A stretch of DNA of 46,811 bases, taken from contig JBLHRT010000001.1 in assembly GCA_047626255.1 (NCBI GenBank), forward strand, positions 1 to 46,811, read 5' to 3'. The stretch is from Candidatus Azotimanducaceae bacterium (GTDB taxonomy: Bacteria; Pseudomonadota; Gammaproteobacteria; Pseudomonadales; Azotimanducaceae). Position numbers and translations under genes: made by a program. The notes below the pieces were generated by a model. The model did not search any database, was not told the DNA's origin, and saw nothing but the letters and a program-made list of their open reading frames with translations. Positions 1 through 10,309 of the stretch are shown piece by piece. The number at the start of each line of letters is the position of its first letter. Positions within the stretch are counted from its first letter, which is position 1.

Positions 1-202
1 GGCTCACAAAAATAACATGATCATAGGCATCCAGAGACAAGACACGCTGCCGCATATCATCCGTCACGGGTATGCTTGAGAATTCGAGCAGGGGTCGTTC
101 GACAACCTGTAAATCCAGGTCAGGCATAGCCGCCAGCGCCCGTATCAATAACTGGTTCTGGCTCGGCGAGCGGGTTAAAAGCACCGTGTCCTGACGGGGC
201 AT
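1..202 (-). CDS. hemD: uroporphyrinogen-III synthase, N-terminal part (gene runs off the left edge)
   Basis: Hand translation of the minus strand from the ATG at 200-202 gives MPRQDTVLLTRSPSQNQLLIRALAAMPDLDLQVVERPLLEFSSIPV..., which fits the HemD N-terminal pattern (xLxTRP...PLxEF). It starts 9 nt after the hemC stop, the usual hemC-hemD order. It is absent from the ORF track because it is truncated. Confidence 0.6.
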   Translation of the reverse strand, partial: MPRQDTVLLTRSPSQNQLLIRALAAMPDLDLQVVERPLLEFSSIPVTDDMRQRVLSLDAYDHVIFVS

Positions 203-211
203 TGGTCTGCC

Positions 212-1132
212 CTAACTGTGTGGCTGAATCAACGTCAACGCACCGCCAGCTATCAACTCGGCGGTAACCTCGCGAGCCAATTCAATGCCTTTCGCTCGCG
301 GGCCTGTGCGACTGACTCGTAAGACTGTGGCCCCGTCGACATCACTGACATAACTGCCCAGATAAATCTGGTCGTTGTCGAGGGTCGCAAATGCGGCGAT
401 CGGCAGACTACAGCTGGCACCCAGTCCCGCCGAAATCATTCGCTCACAGGTTACGCGAAACTGACTATCCACGTGGTTAATCGCGTCCAGCAATACCTTA
501 ACGTCATCGGCGTCGCTACGACACTGGATCCCTACAGCACCCTGACCTGCCGATGGCAGGCTAACCTCAGGGTCGATAGCCTCAGTAATGCGATGCGCCA
601 GCCCCAGCCGTTTTAGGCCGGCCGTCGCCAGGATAATACCGTCGTACTCACCCTCGTCGAGTTTGCGCAAACGAGTATCTACATTGCCCCTCAGCTCTTG
701 ATACACCAAGTCTGGTCGGAACTGCTGCAGCTGCAAACGACGCCGCAGACTCGACGAGCCAATACGCGCTCCGGAGGGCATGGCCTGCAGAGAGTCAAAC
801 TGATTAGTCACTAGGGCATCACGGGGGTCTTCGCGTTCACAGATTGCTGCCAGTTCTAGACCATCAGGCATAATACTCGGCACATCTTTCATCGAGTGAA
901 CAGCAATATCGGCGCGATTTTCCAACAGCGCGACCTCCAGTTCTTTGACGAAAACACCCTTACCACCCATCTGGCTCAGCGGTGACTCCTTATTTCGGTC
1001 ACCGGCGGTGGTCATACCCATGATCGACACCTCCAGGCCCGGATGTGCTGTTTCCAGCGCAGCTTTGACGTAGTGTGCCTGCCACATGGCTAGGGCACTT
1101 TCACGGGTGGCAATACGAATATTATCTAGCAT
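212..1132 (-). CDS. hemC: porphobilinogen deaminase (hydroxymethylbilane synthase)
   Basis: The translation MLDNIRIATRESALAMWQA...GGKGVFVKELE...SSSLRR is a typical HemC. I prefer the ATG at 1132, which has AAGGA 5 nt upstream, over the GTG at 1147 used by the ORF track. Confidence 0.95.
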   Translation of the reverse strand: MLDNIRIATRESALAMWQAHYVKAALETAHPGLEVSIMGMTTAGDRNKESPLSQMGGKGVFVKELEVALLENRADIAVHSMKDVPSIMPDGLELAAICEREDPRDALVTNQFDSLQAMPSGARIGSSSLRRRLQLQQFRPDLVYQELRGNVDTRLRKLDEGEYDGIILATAGLKRLGLAHRITEAIDPEVSLPSAGQGAVGIQCRSDADDVKVLLDAINHVDSQFRVTCERMISAGLGASCSLPIAAFATLDNDQIYLGSYVSDVDGATVLRVSRTGPRAKGIELAREVTAELIAGGALTLIQPHS

Positions 1133-1262
1133 CTTGATCCTTAACACGATGTACTTGGCTGTAAGGGTGTAAACGCATAGCTCGCTGACTAACTTAGCGA
1201 AGAAACTACGAGCATAAAAAAAGCGACATTATAGCCGCCTTTTCCACCGCAATCAGCCTTCA

Positions 1263-2003
1263 TTACAACGCCTGCACCAACCTCCGCAGTCCCGACACGT
1301 GACGCCGACTGACATCAAGCTTTTCACCCACCCCCCGCAATCGCACCTGATAGTGCCCCTGCTGGTCACGGTCGAGGCCTTCAAGGTGGTCCGTCATGAC
1401 CAGTGCATTACGGTGAATGCGTACCACACGGTCGCCAAATTCATCCTCTAGGTCTCGCAATGTGTCATCAATCAGCACTTCACCCGCTTCATGCCGCACG
1501 GTCACATATTTGTGATCTGCCTGAAAGAAGCGAATTTCTGACAATGGGATCAGCTCTATACCGCGCCGCGTCTTCGCACTGATATGTGTACGCGTGCGGG
1601 GTTTCGTCACATCATCTTCACCATTAATCGTCCATTCCTGAACCCTGTTAACACGGCCGATCTTAGCCAGAGCATCCACTAGGGCTTCACGGCGCACGGG
1701 TTTGAGCAGGTAGCCGGCGGCATTCGCTTCAATGGCTTCAATGGCATGTTCGCCAAATGCCGTGCAAAACACCACGGCGGGAGGTGATTGCAGCTTAGCT
1801 ATCTTGTGTGCAGCCGCCATACCATCGATCCCAGGCATACGAATATCCAACAGTACAATATCGGGCTCAAACTCCAACGTGCGTTTTACGGCTTCATCAC
1901 CGCAGGCTGCTTCAGCGACGACTTCATAGTGATCCAGGGTGTTAACCATCCTGATCAGTCGCTCGCGAGCCAGTTTTTCATCGTCGACTATTAACACTTT
2001 CAT
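1263..2003 (-). CDS. algR: LytTR-family two-component response regulator (AlgR-like)
   Basis: It has an N-terminal receiver domain (MKVLIVDDE...DIVLLDIRMPGIDG) and a C-terminal LytTR DNA-binding domain. Its position between the algZ-type kinase and hemC matches the Pseudomonas algZ-algR-hemC-hemD order. Confidence 0.8.
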   Translation of the reverse strand: MKVLIVDDEKLARERLIRMVNTLDHYEVVAEAACGDEAVKRTLEFEPDIVLLDIRMPGIDGMAAAHKIAKLQSPPAVVFCTAFGEHAIEAIEANAAGYLLKPVRREALVDALAKIGRVNRVQEWTINGEDDVTKPRTRTHISAKTRRGIELIPLSEIRFFQADHKYVTVRHEAGEVLIDDTLRDLEDEFGDRVVRIHRNALVMTDHLEGLDRDQQGHYQVRLRGVGEKLDVSRRHVSGLRRLVQAL

Positions 2004-2253
2004 GGCAGAGGAACCTCGCTTTCAGATTGTCTAAGAGTGGAACCGCCTGCTTATCGTGAACAAAATGTCACAAACAAACGCCTTCCTACCTACCGCAAAT
2101 TACTCAGTTAAATCAACACTTCTGTGCCGCACCCTGAGAAGTCGTACGCAGCTTAGAACCGTAGCAGGCTACCGATTAGTGCAAATGTGAACCAGTTCAC
2201 AGTTTTGCGCAACGAGTTGCTGCGCCAACCGGTATCAACGGTCATATTTAGAG

Positions 2254-3294
2254 CTAGTCGGTCAAAGGATAGCTGATAGTGGTATTAAACATCGCCTTAT
2301 CCTGCCGGCTGACTACCGACGCACTTGCGCCATACGTGGCTTCCAGCCGTCGGCGAATGTTGTCTAGCGCCATCCGATTGCCCTGGGCAGGTTGTTCCGC
2401 CTTTTCTGGTAACGGGTTGGTGATACTCGCCACCAGCTTATTGTTCTGGATGCTGATATCTACCTGTACTTCCCCACCACGGGGCAATGGCTGAATACCG
2501 TGATATATGGCATTTTCCAGCAACGGCTGGAGCGTCAACAAGGGTATTCTAACCTGCGATGAATCAACGTCAATGTTCCAGATGACCGTCAACCGCTCAT
2601 CTAGGCGTAAAGATTCAATGTGCACATACTTCTGGCACAAATCGAGCTCTTCAGACAGCGCCACGGGCTTGTCGCTGCTCTGGTTTAAACTCGCCCTGAA
2701 CAACAGGGACAGATCTTCCACCACTTCTTCTGCCGTCTCTGGGTCTACGCTAATCAGACTGGCGATAATATTCATACTGTTGAATAAAAAATGTGGCCTG
2801 ATGCGCGACTGCAACGCTTGAATCCGCGAATTTAATTCCGCCTGCTCCTGACGCCTGAGCTGGTGCTGCAGAAAGAAATAGCGAAACGCGATACCTATCA
2901 TAACAGCCGCAACGATGAGGTTGCGAGTCACATTGCCGGTCTGTTCCAGCTGCCAAGGCTGCTGCGGCAGCATCGTGATCCACTCACCAAGAATACTAAA
3001 TAATAGGGTCAACGACATGATAATCCCATAGCCCACCAGCGTCGCGTAGGGAATAGACATGCGCATGAGCAACGGCCGGAAGTTGCATAGCACCGTGGCC
3101 GATGTCAGCACAACCCATTGCACAAACAAGGACGTCAGTCCCATACGCGACCAGCTGAAACTCAATAGCGACGAGCTTGCTAACACCAATACGAGTACCA
3201 ATAGCTCAGCAATCAACACGAGAAACAAGATACTTTGAGCCTGACACAGATCGGGCAGGAAGAAGTCTTCCTCAGTGGCGTTTTCGGCGGTCAT
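2254..3294 (-). CDS. algZ: LytS/AlgZ(FimS)-type sensor histidine kinase
   Basis: It has a multi-TM N-terminus with a DFFLPDLC motif, then an RIRPHFLFNSMN His-kinase motif of the LytS/YehU type and an ATPase region (ENAIYHG). It lies divergent from argH, as in Pseudomonas. Confidence 0.8.
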   Translation of the reverse strand: MTAENATEEDFFLPDLCQAQSILFLVLIAELLVLVLVLASSSLLSFSWSRMGLTSLFVQWVVLTSATVLCNFRPLLMRMSIPYATLVGYGIIMSLTLLFSILGEWITMLPQQPWQLEQTGNVTRNLIVAAVMIGIAFRYFFLQHQLRRQEQAELNSRIQALQSRIRPHFLFNSMNIIASLISVDPETAEEVVEDLSLLFRASLNQSSDKPVALSEELDLCQKYVHIESLRLDERLTVIWNIDVDSSQVRIPLLTLQPLLENAIYHGIQPLPRGGEVQVDISIQNNKLVASITNPLPEKAEQPAQGNRMALDNIRRRLEATYGASASVVSRQDKAMFNTTISYPLTD

Positions 3295-3496
3295 GGTATC
3301 TCAGCCTCTTTAGTTCGGTCGCGCTAGTATAGCGCCTTCGTGCTTACTGCTATACTCGCCGCCTTTTTCACCGCACAGGCATAGCGGTTAGATGCGATAG
3401 TGGGCAGATGCGCTAGACCCACTGGCATTCTATACGGAGCGACAACGAACTAGATCGACTTAGATCGGGCTTAACCAACATAAAAGGGGCTTGCAG

Positions 3497-4909
3497 ATGG
3501 CAGAAGACAAAGGCACGGGTAAAAAACTCTGGGACGGCAGGTTCACGGAAGCAACGGACGCCTTCGTCGAAGAATTTACTGCCTCGGTAGATTTCGACCA
3601 AATCATGGCACAGCAAGACATACGAGGCTCCGTGGCCCATGCGACCATGCTCTGCCACGTGGGTGTGCTGGGCGAGCATGAGCTCGCGGCGATCAAAGAG
3701 GGGCTCGAGGCCATCAGGCTGGATATCGAACAAGGCAAGTTCGCCTGGTCTGTAAGCCTCGAAGACGTGCATATGAATATCGAGGCGGCGCTCACAGAGC
3801 GCATCGGCAGTGTCGGTAAAAAATTACATACAGGTCGCTCCAGAAATGACCAGGTTGCCACGGATATACGTCTGTATCTGCGCGATCAGATTGATGTGAT
3901 CAGTCAATTACTGAGAAAGCTCCAGCGTGGCATTTTGTCTCTGGCAGAGCAACATGTTGCCACGGTCATGCCTGGCTTCACGCATCTGCAAGTTGCCCAG
4001 CCCATTACTTTCGGCCATCACTTGATGGCGTGGTATGCCATGACAGAGCGGGATTACGACCGACTGCAGGATTGTCGTCGACGCGTCAATATCCTGCCCC
4101 TAGGCGCTGCTGCCCTCGCAGGCACCAGCTACCCCATCGATCGTCATATGACGGCGCGGCTACTGGGCTTTGACAGCATTAGTGGTAATTCACTGGATGC
4201 GGTCAGCGACCGTGACTTTGCGATTGAATTTAGCGCCTGCGCCAGCATTCTGATGATGCACCTGTCACGCTGGTCTGAAGAAATTGTCCTCTGGGCGTCG
4301 CCGCAATTTGGTTTTGTGGACCTTCCAGATCGCTTCTGCACGGGATCGTCCATCATGCCGCAGAAGAAGAATCCAGATGTACCAGAACTCGTGCGAGGTA
4401 AAACTGGCCGGGTTTACGGCAGCCTAACTACCCTGCTAACTCTGATGAAAGGTCAGCCCTTGGCCTATAACAAGGACAACCAAGAGGACAAAGAGCCCTT
4501 GTTCGATACGGTGAAAACCGTCGTCGGCTGTGTCATGGCGTTTGCCGACATGATTCCGGCCATGGTTGCTCAACCTGAGAATATGCGCGCCGCCGCCATG
4601 CGTGGCTACGCGACCGCCACTGATCTCGCGGACTATCTGGTTAAGAAAGGTCTGCCGTTTCGTGACGCACATGACGTGGTAGGCAAGTTGGTGGGGGTCG
4701 CTATTAGCGAATCTGTGGACCTGGCAGAGCTGTCTTTATCTGCCCTGCAAGCCGAATCGGGGCTGATTACCGCTGACGTATTTGACGTATTAACCCTCGA
4801 CGGCAGCGTCAATGCCCGCAATCACCCGGGTGGCACAGCCCCCGCTCAGGTTACCGCCGCCATCGCCGCCGCCCGAACTCGTCTGGACAACGTGGAAAAA
4901 GCGTCTTAA
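3497..4909 (+). CDS. argH: argininosuccinate lyase
   Basis: KLWDGRFTE..., [13 protein letters not shown] and [12 protein letters not shown] are fumarate-lyase/ArgH signatures. The ATG at 3497 has AAAGGGG 7 nt upstream. The ORF-track start at 3491 is a TTG. Confidence 0.95.
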   Translation: MAEDKGTGKKLWDGRFTEATDAFVEEFTASVDFDQIMAQQDIRGSVAHATMLCHVGVLGEHELAAIKEGLEAIRLDIEQGKFAWSVSLEDVHMNIEAALTERIGSVGKKLHTGRSRNDQVATDIRLYLRDQIDVISQLLRKLQRGILSLAEQHVATVMPGFTHLQVAQPITFGHHLMAWYAMTERDYDRLQDCRRRVNILPLGAAALAGTSYPIDRHMTARLLGFDSISGNSLDAVSDRDFAIEFSACASILMMHLSRWSEEIVLWASPQFGFVDLPDRFCTGSSIMPQKKNPDVPELVRGKTGRVYGSLTTLLTLMKGQPLAYNKDNQEDKEPLFDTVKTVVGCVMAFADMIPAMVAQPENMRAAAMRGYATATDLADYLVKKGLPFRDAHDVVGKLVGVAISESVDLAELSLSALQAESGLITADVFDVLTLDGSVNARNHPGGTAPAQVTAAIAAARTRLDNVEKAS

Positions 4910-4943
4910 AAGTAGCGCCTTAGCAAAGCGCTGTGGACTAGCT

Positions 4944-5264
4944 CTAGACAACAAGGGTCACTGACTCGCTCAACTGTTCAGTAAAAGCCCTGCTCAATAG
5001 GGCGGCAAGATCTTCCCCCGTCGTGCGGCACTGCCAGCTGTCATTCACATCTAGGTGTAGGTGGAAACCGCCGGATTTTGCCGCTACCCAGATTTCCTGG
5101 TTAGCGATCTGGCGGCTGAGGATAACCTGACTCTGATTAGGGAAAATAATGGTCATCACGGAGCCAGACACCTCGACGTCAAGGTCTGCAGGGTGTTCAT
5201 CAAGCTGGTCTTCCAGGGTAGTGAAAATAGTATCTACCCGATCGCTGTATTCATTGTCTTGCAA
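4944..5264 (-). CDS. cyaY: frataxin-like iron-sulfur cluster assembly protein CyaY
   Basis: It is 106 aa and acidic at the N-terminus, with DVEVSGSVMTIIFPNQSQVILSRQ...EIWVAAKSGGFHL, which matches the CyaY pattern. Its position next to lptM-lysA-dapF is conserved. Confidence 0.85.
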   Translation of the reverse strand: MQDNEYSDRVDTIFTTLEDQLDEHPADLDVEVSGSVMTIIFPNQSQVILSRQIANQEIWVAAKSGGFHLHLDVNDSWQCRTTGEDLAALLSRAFTEQLSESVTLVV

Positions 5265-5350
5265 GCAGCTACCATCCTTTTTGAGTTACCTGACCCGGTC
5301 AGGCGCCGTGTGGGCAGCCCACAGTATAAAGGCAAAGCACATCAACAGGC

Positions 5351-5380
5351 GATCCTTTGCGGCTCTTTGCGGCTCTTTGC
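5351..5380. repeat. 10-nt tandem repeat (ggctctttgc x2 exact, preceded by a degenerate copy gatcctttgc)
   Basis: Read directly at 5351-5380, in the divergent cyaY / lptM promoter region. Confidence 0.9.
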
Positions 5381-5458
5381 GAGGAGCGAGCACTCACGTA
5401 TACTGGTACCGATTTTCTTCAGCCAGCCGACTCACTCAGTCATATCCAGGAAAAACCC

Positions 5459-5743
5459 ATGCAGCGTCGTGTCTTAATAATATGGTTAGGGATGGTCATC
5501 GCCAGCCTGGCATCTGCTTGTGGGCAGAAGGGTCCGTTGTTCCTACCTGAGGCCACCGATGACAACACTAGCGTCAACGCGGCTCATTACGCCAATGACG
5601 ACCCTCGTTGTGAACAAGTCAGCGTAACTCATGCAGGCGCTTCAAGCACAGGATCCATAGACACAGCCTCACCAAGTACGACGCGAACACTAGTATCTGC
5701 GCATATGCACCGCCCAGCGCTCTCTAGGAAGGTCCGCTCATGA
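5459..5743 (+). CDS. lptM: small lipoprotein LptM/YifL (LppL-like)
   Basis: From the internal ATG at 5459 it reads MQRRVLIIWLGMVIASLASAC|GQKGPLFLPE. This is a lipobox followed by the conserved GxKGPLxxP motif of YifL/LptM. Its stop overlaps the lysA start (ATGA at 5740-5743). The upstream 34 codons of the track ORF were discarded. Confidence 0.6.
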   Translation: MQRRVLIIWLGMVIASLASACGQKGPLFLPEATDDNTSVNAAHYANDDPRCEQVSVTHAGASSTGSIDTASPSTTRTLVSAHMHRPALSRKVRS

Positions 5744-6990
5744 GTTTCATTGACTACCAAGAGGACGTCTTGTTTATCGAGCAGCTCAGTGCTGAAGCTC
5801 TCGCGACACAATTTGATACGCCTTTGTATGTCTACTCAAAGGCTGTCATCAGCCAGGCCTATGAATCGTTTCGCAATGCCTTCAGCAATCATCCAGTGAT
5901 GGTTTGCTACGCCGTCAAGGCTAATTCTAACCTGGGCGTGCTAGGCCTGCTGGCAAGCCTGGGGGCCGGTTTTGATATTGTCTCGGGCGGTGAGCTGACC
6001 CGTGTGTTGCGGGCGGGGGGTCGTGCCGACAAGATCGTGTTCTCAGGTGTCGGCAAGCAAGACAAGGAAATCACGAGCGCACTAAAAGCTGGCATCCATT
6101 GCTTTAATGTCGAGTCAGCGATGGAGCTTGTCCAGATCCAACGATTAGCGCAACAACTGGGCCTCATCGCGCCCATCTCCGTGCGGGTCAATCCCGATGT
6201 TGATGCAGGCACTCACCCCTACATTTCAACGGGTTTGAGAGAAAATAAATTCGGCGTTTCCATGCAGGAGGCGCTTGAACTTTACCAGCAAGCTGCCCAG
6301 CTTAGTCATATCGACATCAAGGGCATCGATTGCCATATCGGCTCCCAAATCACTGAGTTATCTCCCTTTATGGATTCCATGAGCCGAGTGCTGGAACTCG
6401 TTGACAGCCTTGCCACCAACGGCATCGAACTGTCGCATATCGACCTGGGAGGTGGCCTTGGCGTCTGCTATCAGAACGAGACGCCCATTGACGTACAGGA
6501 GTATGCCGCAGCGATACTCCAGTCTATGGGGCATAGAAAACAGACGCTGATTTTCGAGCCAGGCCGCTTTCTAACCGCCAATAGCGGCGTGCTGTTAACT
6601 CGGGTGATCAATATAAAGAGCAACGAGGATCGACACTTTGCGATCATCGACGCTGGTATGAACGACCTAATCAGACCAGCATTGTACGAATCCTGGCAGC
6701 GCATCACCGAGGTTACGCGCCATTCCGCGGAACAGCGCACCTATGATGTCGTTGGGCCCATTTGTGAAACGGGGGATTTTCTTGGCAAATCACGCGAGCT
6801 GTCCATCGAGGCAGGAGATCTGCTGGCGATTCATTCAGCAGGCGCCTACGGCTTTGCTATGAGCTCAAATTACAACAGCCGCAACCGGGCAGCTGAAGTC
6901 CTGGTCAGCGGCCAGTTAAGCCAATGCGTGCGCGATCGAGAGACCATCGACGACCAGTTGCGTCTCGAGCACACCTACCAACCGACGTAA
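5740..6990 (+). CDS. lysA: diaminopimelate decarboxylase
   Basis: It is a PLP-dependent group IV decarboxylase by motifs (YAVKANSN, GGGLG, EPGR, CETGD) and lies in a lysA-dapF arrangement. Confidence 0.95.
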   Translation: MSFIDYQEDVLFIEQLSAEALATQFDTPLYVYSKAVISQAYESFRNAFSNHPVMVCYAVKANSNLGVLGLLASLGAGFDIVSGGELTRVLRAGGRADKIVFSGVGKQDKEITSALKAGIHCFNVESAMELVQIQRLAQQLGLIAPISVRVNPDVDAGTHPYISTGLRENKFGVSMQEALELYQQAAQLSHIDIKGIDCHIGSQITELSPFMDSMSRVLELVDSLATNGIELSHIDLGGGLGVCYQNETPIDVQEYAAAILQSMGHRKQTLIFEPGRFLTANSGVLLTRVINIKSNEDRHFAIIDAGMNDLIRPALYESWQRITEVTRHSAEQRTYDVVGPICETGDFLGKSRELSIEAGDLLAIHSAGAYGFAMSSNYNSRNRAAEVLVSGQLSQCVRDRETIDDQLRLEHTYQPT

Positions 6991-7064
6991 TTCACTAGCA
7001 GCGACGCTATAGACGCTACATAGGCCGTTACTTTCATTCTCTGCACAGGTAATCTTACCGGATC

Positions 7065-7913
7065 ATGCTACTACGATTTACCAAAATGCACGGCCTCGGT
7101 AACGACTTTGTGTTGCTCGATCTGGTCACGCAAGATTTTCAATTACGTGAGGAGCAGGTTCGGCTACTAGCAGACCGCCGCACGGGTATTGGCTTTGACC
7201 AGCTCTTGATAGCCCAGCCGCCGGAAGATCCCACCATGGACTTTCGTTATCGCATCTTCAATGCGGACGGCTCGGAGGCAGAACAATGCGGCAACGGCGC
7301 TCGCTGCTTTGTCCAATTTGTCAGGGATAGAGGCTTGACGACAAAGTCTACACTCGTGCTGGAAACCGTAAACGGCAGCATTGCATGCCAGATCGAGCGT
7401 GACGGTCACATCAGCGTGAATATGGGCCCCCCTATTTTGCAACCAGAGAAAATTCCTTTCATTGCTGACCGGCCAAGTATTGTTTACCCTTTTGAGATTC
7501 CCAGCACGGTAGGCGCAGATAAAGGTAAGATTTGCCTGTCAGTGGTAAGCATGGGCAATCCTCATGCGGTGATAACCGTGGCTGACATTGACACGGCGCC
7601 CGTGGCATATCTGGGGCCGCTGATAGAGAAAGACCCTCGGTTTCCGGCCCGCGTCAATGTAGGGTTTATGCAAGTTATCAGTCGTAACAAGATCAAACTA
7701 CGCGTATTCGAGCGTGGCGTAGGCGAAACCCGGGCCTGTGGCACGGGTGCCTGCGCAGCCGTGGTAGCTGGCCGACTTCAAGGTATACTGGACTCGCAGG
7801 TAGAGGTCAGCCTGGCGGGCGGCGACCTAAAAATCGGCTGGGATGGCGACCAGCAACCCGTGTTTATGACGGGTCCGGCCAGTCGGGTTTATGAAGGCAG
7901 ACTCCAAATCTAA
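7065..7913 (+). CDS. dapF: diaminopimelate epimerase
   Basis: MHGLGNDF, the two catalytic Cys motifs (GNGARC and CGTGACA) and MGNPH are all present. Confidence 0.95.
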   Translation: MLLRFTKMHGLGNDFVLLDLVTQDFQLREEQVRLLADRRTGIGFDQLLIAQPPEDPTMDFRYRIFNADGSEAEQCGNGARCFVQFVRDRGLTTKSTLVLETVNGSIACQIERDGHISVNMGPPILQPEKIPFIADRPSIVYPFEIPSTVGADKGKICLSVVSMGNPHAVITVADIDTAPVAYLGPLIEKDPRFPARVNVGFMQVISRNKIKLRVFERGVGETRACGTGACAAVVAGRLQGILDSQVEVSLAGGDLKIGWDGDQQPVFMTGPASRVYEGRLQI

Positions 7914-7923
7914 GAAGCGAACT

Positions 7924-8646
7924 ATGACCACGTCGACGACTCAAACTCAAGCTCAAACCCCACTGAATGCCGCTCAGGTAGCTGACTATCTGAGTGCAAA
8001 TCCAGACTTTTTTGTTAACCACGACGCCCTGCTACTCGACCTGAAACTGCCCCATGCACACGGTGGCGATGTCTCTTTGGTTGAGCGTCAAGTCAGCTTA
8101 TTGCGTGATCGCGATCTCGCGTTGCACACGCAACTTGAAGCCATGATGACCGCGGCAACAGCTAACAGTGAGATTTTTCTCAAATGCCAGCGCCTTGTGC
8201 TCGCGCTGCTTGAGGCCACCAATACCGCTGACTTCTATCTGGCGCTGGAGAAAAGCTTTAAGCGAGATTTCAAATGTAACGCTTACAGCTTGATGGTATT
8301 CAATGAAAATGCCGAGCAGATCAACCACTTCACTTACTGTGTGTCAGAGACAACCGCTCGCGAATACGTCGGCGCCTTGATCAAAAGTAAAGAGCCTACA
8401 CTCGGTGTGTTGCGCCCAGCAGAACAGGATTTTCTGTTTCGACATGCCAGTGGCAAGGTAAATTCGGCAGCCGTGTTATCCGTCAAAGACCCCGCTACAC
8501 GTGGCAGCGCGCGCGGCCAGATCGCTTTGTTGGCGATCGGCAGCGACGATGAAAACTATTTCCAGCCAGGTATGGGAACACTGTTTATCGGTTTTATTGC
8601 TGATGTATTGGCTCGCCTGCTACCTCCTATGTTGAAAGTAGGATAA
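7924..8646 (+). CDS. DUF484 (YigA) family protein
   Basis: VADYLSANPDFF...LPH...VSLVERQ is the typical DUF484 N-terminus. Its position between dapF and xerC is conserved. I chose the ATG at 7924. The track start at 7891 would overlap dapF. Confidence 0.75.
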   Translation: MTTSTTQTQAQTPLNAAQVADYLSANPDFFVNHDALLLDLKLPHAHGGDVSLVERQVSLLRDRDLALHTQLEAMMTAATANSEIFLKCQRLVLALLEATNTADFYLALEKSFKRDFKCNAYSLMVFNENAEQINHFTYCVSETTAREYVGALIKSKEPTLGVLRPAEQDFLFRHASGKVNSAAVLSVKDPATRGSARGQIALLAIGSDDENYFQPGMGTLFIGFIADVLARLLPPMLKVG

Positions 8647-8650
8647 GCCA

Positions 8651-9589
8651 ATGATTCCTGCAACAGGGGCGGCGCTGGCACTCAACCTTGAGCAGTTTAT
8701 CCAGCACCTTAACCATGAACGCGGGTTGTCTTCGCACACGGCATTGAACTACCGACGCGATTTAAAGACGCTACAGTTGTTTTGCGAAGCCTTGGATCTA
8801 GGTCAGTGGTCACTCCTACAAACTCATCATTTGCGTCAGTTTGTTGCCGATGGTCATCGCCAGGGTCTGGCCGGTAGCAGCCAGCGGAGACGGTTATCCA
8901 GCATCCGTACATTTTTCCACTACTTGATCAGAGAAAACATCAGCCAACACAATCCAGCTCTGGGTGTCACGGCGCCAAAGACAGGCCATCGACTACCAGA
9001 CACGCTGGACACTGATCAGGTCGCGCAGTTACTCAATGTGCCTGTTGATGACTGGTACGGACTGCGCGATCGCGCGATGCTCGAATTGTTTTATTCATCG
9101 GGTCTTCGTCTGGCAGAACTGGTCAATGTCGATATTCGGGATATCAGCTGGGACGAGGGATCAATCAAAGTCACAGGCAAGGGAAACAAACAACGCGTCA
9201 TACCCATTGGTAGCTTGGCGCTACAGGCGCTGCAGGCATGGCAACAAGGCCGGCGACCGCTACCGGTGAAGAAAGCCGTGGAAAACCAGGACGCCTTGTT
9301 TATCAGCGAACGTGGACGGCGCATTAGTGAGCGTAATGTTCAGTCTCGATTACGTCACTGGACCCGCCAGCAAAATCTCGCCGGCAAGGTTCATCCGCAT
9401 ATGCTGCGGCACTCTTTCGCTAGCCATTTACTCGAGTCCAGCGGCGATCTTCGCGCAGTACAAGAATTACTCGGCCACGCAGACATCTCTACCACCCAGA
9501 TTTACACTCACCTTAATTTTCAGCATCTGGCAGAGGTCTACGACAAAGCTCATCCGCGTGCCCATAAAAAACCTTCATTAAAGGACTAA
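8651..9589 (+). CDS. xerC: tyrosine recombinase XerC (chromosome dimer resolution)
   Basis: Tyrosine-recombinase catalytic motifs are present (ARLSEL-type R, HMLRHSFASHLL, LLGHADISTTQIYTH). It sits in the dapF-DUF484-xerC-HAD synteny. Confidence 0.9.
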   Translation: MIPATGAALALNLEQFIQHLNHERGLSSHTALNYRRDLKTLQLFCEALDLGQWSLLQTHHLRQFVADGHRQGLAGSSQRRRLSSIRTFFHYLIRENISQHNPALGVTAPKTGHRLPDTLDTDQVAQLLNVPVDDWYGLRDRAMLELFYSSGLRLAELVNVDIRDISWDEGSIKVTGKGNKQRVIPIGSLALQALQAWQQGRRPLPVKKAVENQDALFISERGRRISERNVQSRLRHWTRQQNLAGKVHPHMLRHSFASHLLESSGDLRAVQELLGHADISTTQIYTHLNFQHLAEVYDKAHPRAHKKPSLKD

Positions 9590-9596
9590 TTCAGCC

Positions 9597-10307
9597 ATGA
9601 TCAAGGTCATTGCATTTGATCTGGACGACACCCTGTGGGCAGTCAAGCCAGTCATTATCCGCGCCGAGCAACGCCTGGATGCCTGGCTAAGCGAGCACGT
9701 TAAGGGGCTACAATACGACGTCACCGGTATGCGTGAATTGCGTCATGAGCTGATCATGGATGAACCCGCGCTCGTTAAGAAGATTACTGAACTACGGCGC
9801 CGAATCATCGAACTGGCCATGCTCAAAAGCGGCAAAAACGCCACAGAGGCTCGAGCATTATCGCTGCAAGCGATAGAGATTTTTCTGGTTGCCAGGAATG
9901 ATATCCAACTGTTTACAGGTGCTCTTGAGGCTATTCGTGCTCTGGCAATTGATTATCGACTGGGTGCGCTGAGCAATGGCAATGCAGACATTCGACGTGT
10001 GGGGCTGGATGAGCATTTCGACTTCGCATTTTCCGCCGAGGGGGTAGGCGCCCCTAAACCTGAACCAGCATTATTTGAGACAGCCCTTGCGCACACCGGC
10101 ACGGCCCCCCATGAGATGCTCTATGTTGGCGACGACCCGACCCTGGACATTGATGCGGCAAAGCGACTGGGCCTGCACACTATCTGGTTGAAAACAGCCG
10201 CCAAACCCACTATCGACCAGACCAAACCAGACGAGACTATCGAGCATATCCGCGACTTACCAGCCGCCGTCCAACGCTTGCACCTGAGACTCCAGACGCA
10301 GTCTTAG
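9597..10307 (+). CDS. HAD-superfamily hydrolase (YigB-like)
   Basis: It has DLDDTLW (HAD motif I) and GDDPTLDI (motif IV), and lies downstream of xerC as yigB does in E. coli. Confidence 0.75.
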   Translation: MIKVIAFDLDDTLWAVKPVIIRAEQRLDAWLSEHVKGLQYDVTGMRELRHELIMDEPALVKKITELRRRIIELAMLKSGKNATEARALSLQAIEIFLVARNDIQLFTGALEAIRALAIDYRLGALSNGNADIRRVGLDEHFDFAFSAEGVGAPKPEPALFETALAHTGTAPHEMLYVGDDPTLDIDAAKRLGLHTIWLKTAAKPTIDQTKPDETIEHIRDLPAAVQRLHLRLQTQS

Positions 10308-10309
10308 TC

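Noticed and set aside
1732-1994. Plus-strand ORFs of 65 and 68 aa inside algR. Many analogous antisense or out-of-frame ORFs occur throughout the track, for example 2279-2983, 3413-3861, 4144-4821, 5907-6740, 21678-24170, 35706-37216 and 45551-46382.
   Set aside because: They are fully embedded in strongly supported genes on the other strand or in another frame. They have low-complexity or Arg/Ser/Cys-rich translations and no SD. They are shadow ORFs.
5061-5550. Plus-strand ORFs of 133-138 aa across cyaY and the cyaY-lptM spacer, plus the 34 extra N-terminal codons of the 5357-5743 ORF.
   Set aside because: They are antisense to cyaY or lie upstream of the recognisable lipoprotein signal peptide. 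Only the segment from the ATG at 5459 matches LptM/YifL.
8651-9589. A tyrosine recombinase as a possible marker of an integrated mobile element.
   Set aside because: The sequence and the dapF-DUF484-xerC-HAD context identify chromosomal XerC. There is no flanking tRNA, direct repeat or phage or IS gene.
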